Of a DNA stretch of 64,000 bases, positions 1 to 11,400 are shown piece after piece. A program made the translations under genes and the position numbers. Position 1 is the first letter of the stretch. Each line of letters starts with the position of its first letter. This DNA is from Azolla caroliniana (taxonomy: Eukaryota > Plantae > Polypodiophyta): the NCBI GenBank assembly GCA_043228905.1, contig JBHGNT010000011.1, positions 930,001 through 994,000 of the forward strand, given 5' to 3'. Under the pieces are notes generated by a model. That model did no database searches, was not told the origin of the DNA, and saw only the letters and a list, made by a program, of their open reading frames with translations.

Positions 1-324
1 CGGTTCAACCGGAAAAACCGGTTGCGACCAAAGAAGATCGAGGAAGGTGACTAGGTCTTGGTATACGACAGCAGCCTCGACAATCAGCACAAGGCGGTGC
101 GAAAGTTTGCTAGGAGATGGTTCGGGCCCTACATGGTGACGAGCGCGAACGACAACGACACGTACAACCTCGCGGAACTCGACGGGACACGGTTAGTGGT
201 GCCGGTGGCCGGAAAGCGGATCAAAGCTTTCAAAAAGCGGTTCGAAGACGAGCCGGAGCTTGCGAGCGGGAGCGACAACGACGATCAGTTCGGGTCCGGC
301 GGAGAATCGGAGAGCAACGAGTGA
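1..324 (+). mobile_element. Ty3/gypsy integrase C-terminus (GPY/F region); element starts upstream of the window
   Basis: ORF 58-324 reads KFARRWFGPYMV...TYNLAELDG...VAGKRIKAF. It is followed by a G-rich PPT-like tract (about 381-393) and an LTR. Confidence 0.85.
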
Positions 325-393
325 GGCCGGGTTTCTTCAATATCTACCCGTCTCTGGCGTATACCGGTGGATGCGCGGTTTGGTGGGGGTGGA

Positions 394-1011
394 TGTCGTG
401 AAGAAAACCGGCCATAGGCGGAATCGGAGAGAAAGCGCGTAAACCGGCCCTTACATGGATGGACGCGTGACTTGATATTTTGTACACGAACCGGTGGATG
501 TAAATACTAAGCCGCGCGCATTTATTAAGGGGGGGATTGTGCGTATCCCGGTCAGAGGGACAGGGAATAAAGGAAAGAGGACAAGGGAAAACGGGTATCG
601 CGCGCGAGGAGGAGGAAAAGCGTTGCTGCAGAACGGAAGGCGGAGCTCTCTCTTCGACTGGGGATCGTCGCTCTCTGCGGGTGTCGGGAGGTCGCTGCCT
701 CTGCTTCGTGGACAGCCCGTGTGCTTCCAGTAGAATCGCTCCCTTTCCTCTTTTGGTTTCTTTGAATCATGTGACTGTCGTCGGTGTGCGTGAGTAGGGT
801 CCCCGTGTCGGGCCCGTCACCGCTTTATCGGTTGTAACTATCGGAGTTTGTAATCTCTTGCCATTATAATTAAGTGTTACGTTCTATATCTCTCTTTCTC
901 GCTTCTACATGTCGGTGAATCTCTCTCTCTGTCTCTCCCTCTCTTGCTCCTCGGTCCAAGACCCCCGTGGTCCCGCCCCTTTTCTACACGTACGCGCGTA
1001 ACAACGCGACA
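394..1011 (+). repeat. 3' LTR of a Ty3/gypsy element
   Basis: Termini TGTCGTGAAG...CGCGACA directly after the PPT. The 3' motif GGTCCAAGACCCCCGTGGTCCCGCC recurs, with variation, in the solo LTRs at 24814 and 31610 and in the LTR end at 30471. Confidence 0.85.
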
Positions 1012-1833
1012 TCGTGAAGGTGGACTGGACGATAACTGATTGCGGATGGCCTCTGTGCGGCCATCGACTCTGTTAGAGGCAAGGAGGGTAAGAAGATATG
1101 GACGGCAGTGGCGCAATGGCTCACCCTATTGGCGCCACCTATCGAGCCTGTCAATACCACGAAGCGGGGAAGAACAACCGAAGGCACCCTGAAAACGGCC
1201 TCGAAATGGTAGCAATTGTTGCCTTCTAAGGCAACCAAAGGGAAGGTGGCCAACACGGACCAGGCGGCAAAGGAGCGCGCCAATAGGAAGCGGCAGGCGG
1301 AAACGTAGGAGGAGCCACCAGCACGGCCAATCAAGATCAGGCTTCACCAACCGGTTCAACAAGCGCTGGACCCCTTGGTAGTGCAAATCAACATTGGGAC
1401 TCAGGAGGAGGAAGTGGAGGAGGAACCGTTAGAGCACCTCCAGCGGCCGGGGAGCGTTTGGACCCAAAGAAGGATGGAACGCCTATACCCCGCACTGAGC
1501 AGCCCGCACCAAGGATGGAACCAGAACCGGTTCGGACAGAACCGGTCACAGAGCTCCCTGCACAACAACCTCTACAAGCGGGTCAGGATACGGCAAGACC
1601 CGAAATGCAAGCGCCGGAAGTATCTGCGGAAAGGACATTAGGCCTATGACCGGCTGAAGGAGGAGAAAGAGAAGGCGCTGCAAGAAAAGGAGAAGCTGCG
1701 ACGGATGGTGGAAACAGAGATCGAAAGACTGAAAGAAGAACTCCGTCAACAAAAGGATCGAGAAGACCGCGCTCGCCGTCAACTCAACCAAAAGTTGAAG
1801 CAGAAGACCGATGATTTTGAGCACCTGCACTGG
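1012..1833 (+). pseudogene. Degenerate E/Q/P-rich and coiled-coil ORF, probably an accessory ORF of a Tat/Athila-like retrotransposon
   Basis: Broken frames such as GTQEEEVEEEPLEHL, PRMEPEPVRTEP and RLKEEKEKALQEKEKLRRMVETEIERLKEELRQQ. It lies antisense and 3' to the minus-strand pol at 2741-6280, and LTRs cut it at both ends. Confidence 0.4.
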
Positions 1834-2312
1834 TGTCGTGAAGATCCGTCACTACGCGTGGATTGTGAGGCGGAACCGCCGAGGTTCTGGACCGGAAGGA
1901 GTTGAAGTTGGCGTGCAAGCTTTAGCGAGAAAGTATTTAAGCTAGATTGAAAGAGAGAGAGAGCTTGAGATAGAATAGAACACTTGATTTTAGATTGAGA
2001 GAGATTAAGATTGAACTCTTGATTTTAGATTTTAAGAAACAAGTTACACGATCAATTCGATAACGAATTCTCTTCTTCTTAATTTCATATCCAAAAAAAG
2101 CCTAACCCTTCTTCTTTTTCATCCCTTCTTTTAAAGATGCTCTCATGCATATGATGCATGTGAGGGTACAAGACATGCATAAAATGCATGTTTGCCATTT
2201 GGCACTCATGTATTACATGTGGTGCATGCATGATAACCATGTCACTCATTTTAGCTCTCATGTATGAGAATTTCCATGTAAAAGTACAATGATAGAAATA
2301 TAAATTCAACTA

Positions 2313-2386
2313 AATGTCATGGCTTAGTGGTAAGCCTACTTACTCTTAACTAGGAGGTGCAAGGTTTGAATCCTCACTTGCCCTCC
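2313..2386 (+). other. tRNA-Lys(CTT)-like Pol III module inside the LTR (not a functional tRNA)
   Basis: A box TGGCTTAGTGG (2320), D-arm GGCTT/AAGCC, anticodon-loop-like CTCTTAA and B box GGTTTGAATCC (2363). No acceptor stem. Confidence 0.7.
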
Positions 2387-2437
2387 TTGTGTATATATAT
2401 GTGATATATATTTATTTATTAATTTGAACGCTGGTTT

Positions 2438-2575
2438 GCCGGATGCCGATTCCGCCGTTGGTTATCGCCGCCGCCTCGCCGGCTCCGTCGGATGCCGATT
2501 CTACCGGGTCACCGGCTTCGCTGCCGCCTCGCCGGCTCCGTTGGATGCCAATTCCGCCGGGTCACCGGTTGCCGG
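2438..2575. repeat. GC-rich tandem repeat (about 50 bp unit, about 2.5 copies) inside the LTR
   Basis: GGATGCCGATTC...GCCGCCTCGCCGGCTCCGT recurs at about 2441, 2490 and 2543. Confidence 0.75.
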
Positions 2576-2740
2576 TGTGCCATCGTCGCTTTGCTTGCTG
2601 CCGCCGGATCACCGTGCTCCATCGCCGGTCCGGTTTTGGTTGGCCAAAACCTTTACGTGTGGCTAGGCCACCTCCACTCTTAGTTCAAGTTACCTTGAAC
2701 TTTCTATGTTCAACACATAGACACAAAGATAATAACTTTT

Positions 2741-5700
2741 ACTACTTTCTGGGCCGTGACATCCCCTGTGTAGTGGCCCCCGATTGTGCCGCAATGAGCC
2801 TCTCGTAGTATCACGTCCTTCTCATCCTGTCGTACACCCCACCGCCAGATGCCATCACTTCGTTGATGGTGTAATAATACTCCTTCTATTAGGAAAAAGT
2901 TCCAGCGCCTAACCGCGAGGCGTTTCCTTTTGTCCGTTCTTAGTTGTCGCAGTGGCAACCTCGTGCTTAGGAAGTAAGTCATTTCCATCAGCCATCTATC
3001 TAGCAAATTTTTGTCTTCTTTTGTCCCCGTTGTCGTAATACGCAGAATTTCGGAGTCCGGAAAATCGTGGTGCCTTGCTACTACTTCGTCACCATTGTCG
3101 ATCCTGCTCAGATAGTCTGCGACTACATGTTGTGTCCCTGGCCGATGCTAGATCTTGAATTCAAATTCCTGTAATAACAACATCCACCAGGCTAATTTCC
3201 CGGTTAGTGACTGTTTATCGACCAGGTATAGTAATGCGGCATGATCCACGTGGAAAGTGAATTTCCGTCCTAATAAATAATGTCGAAATTTTTTGACGTT
3301 GTATATCATACCCAAAGCTTCACGCTATGTTGTCGAATAGTTCCGTTCGGCATTTGACAATGTACGACTAGAATAGTATACTGGCTGATACCAGCTGGGC
3401 ACGGTGAGGTCCATCAGTGCACTACCGATGGCTATGTCGGAGGCATCCACAAATACGTGGAATAGCTTGGACCAGTCTGGAGGTTGTACTACCAGTGCTT
3501 GTGTAAGAATCACCTTCAATGCTTCGTACGCCTTATCCTCTATTGCAGTCCATTTGAATGGTGTGCGGTGCACCCTAGTATGTAGCGGTGTTGCGAAATC
3601 CGCCAAATAATGGAGCATACGGCTATGCCAATGGATTAGCCCCAAAAAACGGCTAAGGGCCTTTGCATTACTAGGGGTTTTAGCCTCGACTATGGCTTTG
3701 ATTTTTTTGGGATCCACCGCAATACTGTCCTTGCTCACTATGTGCCCAAGAAGGGCTCCGCTTGTAACCCCGAACACGCACTTAGCCAGATTGAGACTGA
3801 GCCGCGAAGTACGACATCGTTCTAAACATAGCATTAGATGGCTCAAGTGATCCACTCGCGTCCCATAGACCGCAAAGTCATCGAGGAAGACTTGCATGAA
3901 CGCAAAGATGAAGTCGCTGAAAATCTCTGCAATGGCGCGTTGGAACGTGGCTGGAGCGGTTTTTAATCCGAACATCATTACCACCGCCACAAAGACACTG
4001 CATTCGGTTACGAAAACGGTTTTCTTCTGGGTGCATGCGTATTTGGTTATACCCGTTAAACCCATTCACAAAACTGTACATGTCGTGACCTGCGATGACA
4101 TCTAGTAAACTATCCGTAAATGGCAAGGAAAATGCGTCGCTGATTGTGACGTCGTTTAATTTGCGATAGTCGACACACACTCGGATTTTGCCATTTTTTT
4201 TAGGTATGACCACTATTGGGCTAAGCCATGTGGCTTGGTTTATTGCTGAACTAGTTTCACATCCGTGGCCAAATTAATTTTGTGCTGGTAGAATTTTGGG
4301 TCTAGGCCCTTCATGTCATCATGTGACCATGCGAAGACATCTTTAAACTCCCGTAATAAATCCGTCATGGCCATTTTTTTGCTTGGCGTTAGATCCTTTG
4401 CAATCGTTAGTAGCCTTGGTGCCTCGGCTGACCCTACATTGATTTCCTCCAAGGTCGACGCTATGACTCTACGCAAGATTTCCATTTCCCTCTCGAATGC
4501 CTCCCGTGCTTTTCTCAGTTCCAACACCAATTCCGGATCTGGTTCGTAGTCGTCTTCGTTTGAAGCACTCGTTGGGATGTATTCGTTAGCTGTCTCGAGT
4601 ATGTCTATCTCAAAATAGAAGTACTATCCATGGATTTTCGTTTAGGTATGCCTCGAGTTCTGTATCCTCTAGCCCGTCCAGCATAGTAATTTCTTCAACG
4701 TAGAGGGGCGTTATTGCTTCTGTGGGGACGACGGTTTCCTGTGTCGGTACCCGGACTTTGCTTCGCCCTCATCAGAAGCTAATGGAGTTGTGCTGCCAGT
4801 TCTGCTTAATATTAGCAAAACGCAACATGGTCTTCCTAACAAGATAGTACACACCCCTAGAGCGTCTAAAGCCAACACAACGGCAGAAATTTTAAAGGTA
4901 TGACTGCCAATTACGATCCTTAGCTTCTGGACCAACCCCAATGGTCTAACAGAACGGGTTTCTACCATTCGGAGCCAAAATGGGCACACTTCCCATTCTG
5001 TAATACCGAGGTGGTTACATGTTGTTTTATTGATCACATTCACCCTAGAACCGCCATCGACAATGCATCCCATGATTTCCTGCCCTTGCAACACCACCTT
5101 GATGATTGGATTGTGGTGATCAACCATGATTGGGCCTATGCTAGACTCTATATAATTGGCCAAAATCTCTAGGCCGTCTGTGCCCCACATCCGATTTTCT
5201 ACCGAGGAACAAGTCATAATAATTTGTCCATGGTCATCGTACTTTCGCAATCGGCCAGTGTTTGCCATATCAGATTTGGCGTCAATACCGTGTCTTTCGT
5301 ATGTGTGGTATTGTGGCCCGACTCTTGCCTCATGCGTTCCACGTTGGATTCATTTGCCTTTTCTACCTAGGCTTGTGTAGCTTTGCGGATCTCGTCTTGT
5401 TCCACCCAATCCGTGTTTTTCGCCTTATTGTGGGTTGTAACCTGCTGGACGTCTACCGTGATCGTATTCACCGCTGGCCCTTTCCCTTTATCGCGGCGTG
5501 GGCATTGAGTTACATAATGACCTGGCTGTTGACAAATAAAACAGTGGATGTTGGACTTACCATTTTCAACAACCGGGGTTGCGATGGTTTCCATAGGTGC
5601 CGTGGGTTCTACCCGGGGTCGCTGGAACCGCCTGTTGTTGTGGGGCTTCTGGCGATATTCACGACGACTATCCTGGCATCGTTTTTCCTCCGAGGTTTCA

Positions 5701-6280
5701 TTGTGGTTACATTGCTTCTGTGATTGGTAATTACCCCCGTACGAGGATCTGCCTGTCCGCCGCGATTGTTGGTGATACGCCGGTTATCATAGCGGCGTCC
5801 TCCTCGAGGATTGTTGCGGTCATTTCTCGGATACTCCTCTTCGTCCTGCTCCTCTTTGTCCAAATAAGGATCATTGTTGCGACGGAGGCGCTTCGGCCTT
5901 CTGGCACGCTGATTCCGCCCCGTGTTACGGTAGCGCTCCTCGTGCCGGCCTTGGTCATTGTTGCAGTAAGGCAGCTAAGGCTCCATACGACGGACTGACA
6001 GTGTGGGCCTATTCAACATGTTATATTCGTAGTGATCCACCGTGTGCACCTGTGAATGACAAATGGGGCAATGGATCCGCATATTACAATCCACCGTGGA
6101 GTGCCTTGAGTTCAAGCAGATCGTGCATTGAATGGCTTAGCGGAAACGATATTCCTCATCCTTGGGTAGTGCTTGACGGAGCGATGCCATAGACATCCCA
6201 TCGTCCTCCTCTTCTAACTCAAGCTGCAACGCTCGTTCTATGACCGCATTTGCTGTTTGGCCAGTGAAAATTTCTAGTTT
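2741..6280 (-). mobile_element. Degenerate Tat/Athila-like Ty3/gypsy gag-pol (Gag with Zn knuckles, PR, RT, RH, start of IN)
   Basis: Zn knuckles CFICQQPGHYVTQC and CTIC...H...C, protease CIVDGGS, RT VIPKKNGKIRVCVDYRKLN / FGLKTAPATFQR / VFLDDF, RH FHVFVDASDIAIG...ERNYSTT, and IN ILREAHCGTIGGHY. Many stops and frameshifts. Confidence 0.9.
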
Positions 6281-6787
6281 TAAGCATGTGGTGGAACCAG
6301 GGATCTGCGAGCGCATCATGGAGATCCAAAACAAGCACGCAACTTGGGCAGAGTTCAAAAAGGCGCTTCTTGCTAAATACATGCTTGAAGATGCGTCAAG
6401 AATGACTCGACATACGCTAATGATTTGGATCGAGAAGAAAGGGAAGAATACGTGTGCGTCAGGAGTATATGCGGAATTCAACTAGAAGTACAACCGACTT
6501 CTGAGTGCTGATCAACGAGTTCTCGGTGGAGATAAAGTCCTGCTATTCCTGAAGGCGGTGGATACGAAAAGCCTTTTGGGGGATGAAACGCAACCAAATG
6601 GCTTGGTAGCGGACTGGACGTTGGTGAAGAAGGCTTGTAGTCATCTTGACAAGTGTCGACAATGGCTAGAGGAAAGTGACATGGAGAATCCACAATCGTG
6701 GAGGAGGAAGGCGCCTGCGACGATCGAGCCTAGAAAGCCGATCAATAATTTTGACAAGAAAGCGATGGAATAATCTATAATCGAAGA
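6281..6787 (+). pseudogene. gag fragment of Trp-lineage gypsy copy A (left flank of the DNA transposon)
   Basis: TWAEFKKALLAKYMLEDASRMTRHTLMIWIEKK...LLFLKAVD matches gag at 56725-57250. The frame resumes at 23131 (IIEE|LSKKFE). Confidence 0.85.
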
Positions 6788-7879
6788 CACATTGGGTCAT
6801 TTAGAACAGGTAATATGTCGTATTCCTTTATTGATAAATACATGAGATGTCAAAAATTACAATTTTTTAACAAACTTTCAAGAATGTATCACGCATGCGC
6901 ACATGACTTTTAAAAACATCAATAAAAAACACAATTAATATTATCAAGATTTCAAATTTAACGTATATTTTCTCAATTCATACACATATTTAGCCAGACA
7001 TTCGCTTAGATTACGAGAATGCTTTCAACTATCATTGTAATATGCTTCATTTTACATAATGTTGAATTTGAATCCAATTAAACAATTTTAGAAACACAAT
7101 TTTAATGCTATATTTCTCTCTAACTCCTATAAAGCTTGTTATATTAAATGAGCAAATTGCATTTTTGGGTATAATTAGACACATATTCACAAGTGAATAT
7201 CACATTATATACCTCACATGCCCAAAAACTTCTACGAACTTTATATCCCAATCATATATGAACAACCTAAATGTAAGATCAAGTGAGCAACAACGTTGAC
7301 TTAATATTATTCTATACACTCAAAACTAAATAACCAAGATTAAAGAGCTCAAAAATCCTAGAATAAAGCTAAATTCAATTATATTAATAAAGAAACAATT
7401 ATAACCAGCATTTGTCATACAATTGATAAGTTCATCATCATTTATTCAATAAAAATTATACTTAACTACATACTTTGCGAGTCAACCAATACAAATATAT
7501 GATAGAAACTTAAAGTTTGCAAACCAATCAGATAGTGTAAAGAAATGGTACTCAAACAAAATAATCTTATATTCCAAAACAAGTTTAGTGTTACAATTTT
7601 ATAGTTACAAATACAAACTAATATACAATCACTCCATAAGGAGGTTTGGAACAGGCTGCTCTCCAAGATTAGCTGACAGTGGTGCTACGTCAACATGTTC
7701 TGTCTCCTCAACTGAATCTTGTATATGATCAGAACCTGGTGCATCTTCAAGGTCGCCTCCTTCGTCGTCTATAGGTTCCATCGGCTCTCTGGAGGCCATC
7801 TGAAACATCTATGTTGCTTTGCCCCAACCTCTTGGTCCTGTTCGAGACCATCCTAGATGCCTTGGATCCTCATCTTAAT

Positions 7880-8417
7880 AAAATTGACTTGGTCAAGGTC
7901 CTTTTCTAATGCGACGCAATTCCTGAAAAGTTTAAGAGCACATGCAGTCCTCGTTCCTAAATAAACAATCACACATACAAAAGTAAGAAAATAGGACAAG
8001 AAATAATATTTCATTTAAAAAAATTTGATGAAACTGATGAGATTACCTATTCTAGAAAATTGAGTTGGTCGAGGTCCTTTTCTAATGCGACGCAGTTCCT
8101 GAAAAGTTTAAGAGCACATGCAGTCCTCGTTCCTAAATAAACAATCACACATACAAAAGTAAGAAAATAGGACAAGAAATAATATTTCATTTTAAAAAAA
8201 ATTTGATGAAACTGATGAGAAATTACCTATTCTAGAAAATTGAGTTGGTCGAGGTCCTTTTCTAATGCGACGCAGTTCCTGAAAAGTTTAAGAGCACATG
8301 CAGTCCTCGTTCCTAAATAAACAATCACACATACAAAAGTAAGAAAATAGGACAAGAAATAATATTTCATTTTAAAAAAAATTGATGAAACTTATGAGAT
8401 TACCTATTCTAGAAAAT
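7880..8417. repeat. Tandem triplication (176-180 bp) of an intron plus exon segment of the methyltransferase gene
   Basis: Near-identical units start at 7880, 8056 and 8236, with AAAAT at each junction. Confidence 0.92.
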
Positions 8418-9398
8418 AAGTCGAGAACCCAATCATCAAGGTTCGAGAACAACTCGACCAATCGATTAATCAATCGTTGGGGATTTTGATAAGGGTTTAC
8501 TAAACTCTTATCGCTAGACACGTGGCACAATTTCTTCGTTACATCTAGGCACATGATATAGTTGACAACGTTCCGCTCATTAACATGTGCCTAAGCCTTC
8601 TTATTAGAAATTGTGTCATAGTAGCCCACGCACATGTGCTCCACAACGCTCACCATTCGATCACCCGGGGTACGAGTTATGTTCGTTTTAACCCTATTGT
8701 ATAATTGAATCAAAACAAGCTAATAAATATGTAGTAACCAACATAGAATTCATACATTAAATATATAGTAAACACATTCGCGTTCACAAGTGGAAGGATC
8801 ACGCAGTCCATTTATAGATTCCTTTTATAATCTTGAGATTTTAGACAATTTTCAAAAACTTGATACACCAGTATCACATGTTTTAAATAGCATGTAAAAT
8901 TTGCTAATTTTTTGAGATTTAACAAGTTTCAAAATGATCATTTCTAAAATTGAATAGTTTTTTAGTAAATGTTTAAATGTTGATGGTTTGCAAATATGAA
9001 ATGTAATAAACTTAAAGAAAATCACAATGGTTAACTCAAGGCACAAGTTAAGATTAATGGTTTCACCATCTTGATGAGATTAAGATTACATATTTTGATA
9101 GACTTGAAAATGTTTTAAGTATAAGAGGTAACTTTGCAATCCTTAATGTCATCATCTATAAATTTAGTGCTCATTAACATCCATAAATTCACAACTCAAG
9201 AAATGTATACAATATTCATAAACAATTTTGATAAATCCACAACTCCTAAAATATAGATGATATTTATAAACTGTTAAAATTGTTAAACTTTAGATGTGAA
9301 CATTAATATATCAATTTGAACAAATCACACAATTATCAGGGTATCTACAATGTTATCCTCTTCTTCCTTTTGAGAATTCCCCTACAAAATTTGTGAAG

Positions 9399-10825
9399 TA
9401 AATGGCATTTGCGAAGTTCAATTACCATCAATACAATTATTAATGGTTTTTTGTTAATCAATGAAGCACATGTTCACCATAAGGTATCTTGTTGTGCAAC
9501 ATACATCTTTGTAGTATCGATATGCATCTTTTTCTCTTGTAAAAAAATAGATTTCAATATAATTTGAGTTCATGTTTAAAAAACCTCTTTTATTTGAAAA
9601 ACAAGAAGTTTTTTAAACATGAACTCGATATGTTGTATCGAGTTGATGTAAAAAACATAGTTTTGATCATAATTCCATACAATGTATTGAATTCATGTTC
9701 AAAGTTTTTTTTTACCGGATTTAAAAATAAATAAAATTGAGCTTAAGTTCATATAAAAACCAAAATTTTCATCACAATTCGATACAATGTATTGAGTTCA
9801 TGTTTAAAGTAATTTTGTCAAATTTTTTTATGGAAAAAAAATAATTTTAAACATGAATTTGATACGTTGTATCGACTTGTGATGAAAACTCTGGTTTTTT
9901 CATCATTTATTAAAGCTCAAAAAAAATTATAAAAAAAAATGAAAAAGGAAAATAAATAGAAAGAAAAGAAATTTTTTAAAAAAACCCCAAATAAAGCTTT
10001 AAACATGAACTCGATACATGTCAAAAAGTTAGCTTTTCAACATGAACTCGATACAATGTATCGAGTTCATGTTGAAAACTCTATTTTTCAACACAAAATT
10101 AATACATTGCATGTATCAAGTTCGTGTTCAAAATTCGACTTTTCTACACGAACTCGATACAATGTATCGAGTTCGTGTTGGAAAGCTAACTTCTTTAAAG
10201 CTTTTTTTTGGGATTTTTAAAAAAAATTGTTTTTTTTCTATTTATTTTGTTTTTTTGTTTTATTTTTTGAAATTGTTTTTTGAGCTTTAATAAATGATGA
10301 AAAAACCAGAATTTTCGTCACAAATCGATACAATGTATCAAATTCATGTTTAAAATTGTTTTTTTTGCATAGAAAAAATTGAAAAAATTGAAAAAAATAA
10401 AAACAAATTAGAAAAAATTACTTTAAACATGAACTCGATACATTGTATCGAATTGTGATGAAAAAGTTGGTTTTATATGAACTTAAGTTCAATTTTTTTT
10501 TTAAAATCCGGTACAAAAAAACTTTAAACATTAATTCAATACATTGTATGGATTTATGATCAAAACTCGTTTTTTACATCAACTTGATACAACATATCGA
10601 GTTCATGTTTAAAAATCTTCTTGTTTTCAAATAAAAGAGGTTTTTTAAACATGAACTTGATTCGTATTAAAATCTTTGTTTTTAGAAGAGAAAAAGATGC
10701 ACATCGATAGTGCAAAGAAGTATGTTGCATAACAAGATACCTTATGGTGAACATGTGAATCATTGATTAACAAAAAACCAATAATAATTGTTTTGATAGT
10801 AATTGAACCTTGCAAATGTCATTTA
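9399..10825. repeat. Foldback-type element with about 700-bp inverted arms and internal palindromic subrepeats
   Basis: TAAATGGCATTTGCGAAGTTCAATTACC... at 9399 matches the reverse complement of the sequence ending at 10825. The palindrome AACATGAACTCGATACAATGTATCGAGTTCATGTT recurs with variation. No TSD seen. Confidence 0.85.
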
Positions 10826-10854
10826 TATGGTCTATAAAGTATTCTCGTGGTTCT

Positions 10855-11400
10855 CAATGACCACTTCAAGCACTTAATGTTGATCTTCATAGTTTGGTTC
10901 ATCTACAACAGAGAAACATTTATGTGGAACAAAGGATGACAACACGAGCATAACTCATGTGACAAGGAAACTTGCAAGAACTCAAGGTGGGGATATTAAT
11001 AACTACACATGTAGATGGCCATGAGCTAGCGTACCAATTCTGCATTGGTAAAGTTTTGGACGTGATGATGCATTAAACCTTTGTAATACATCTATCATTG
11101 ACATTAGTTAGGTGGATATAATTGTGTATGACTTTACACTGACAAAAGTTGGATGTTTAAGGACAACAACGATATACATAATACAAGAGATATTACCAAG
11201 TCTAGAAGATATCTCAGATCGAAAATAAAGAAGATTTATTGCACACAATTTGGAGACACCATTTGGTGAAGACAATGATTTGATTGGTACATTTGAAAAT
11301 GAGGAGGAAGAGTCACAATTGTATATTATCTATAGTAGTGATTCTCATGAAAAGAATGATGATATTTATGCAAATAACTCCCAAATGTTATTGTTGTGCA
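10855..11400 (+). pseudogene. Remnant of the 3' end of a related Sola-like transposase
   Basis: PLQALNVDLHSLVHLQQRNIYV...QGNLQELKVGILI...YQFCIGKVLDV aligns by eye with PLQPLDNLELNNLVHLQQRDIYV...QGNLHELHVGMLV...HPF*IAKIIEI at 22160-22370. Confidence 0.75.

Larger units (their letters stand above)
1834..2740 (-). repeat. Truncated gypsy LTR, same family as the LTR at 49946-56457
   Basis: Begins TGTCGTGAAGATCCGTCAC, the near reverse complement of the LTR end at 56439-56457. Similarity to about 55680-56457 continues until about 2740, where it abuts integrase sequence of another element. Confidence 0.85.

Noticed and set aside
2313-2386. Functional tRNA-Lys gene (also 55937-56010)
   Set aside because: No acceptor stem and no canonical anticodon stem; both copies lie within LTRs.
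9560-10670. Recurring 35-bp palindromic repeat as a CRISPR array
   Set aside because: Spacing is irregular, the intervening DNA is A/T-run sequence mirrored in the two arms, there are no cas genes, and the context is a eukaryotic foldback.
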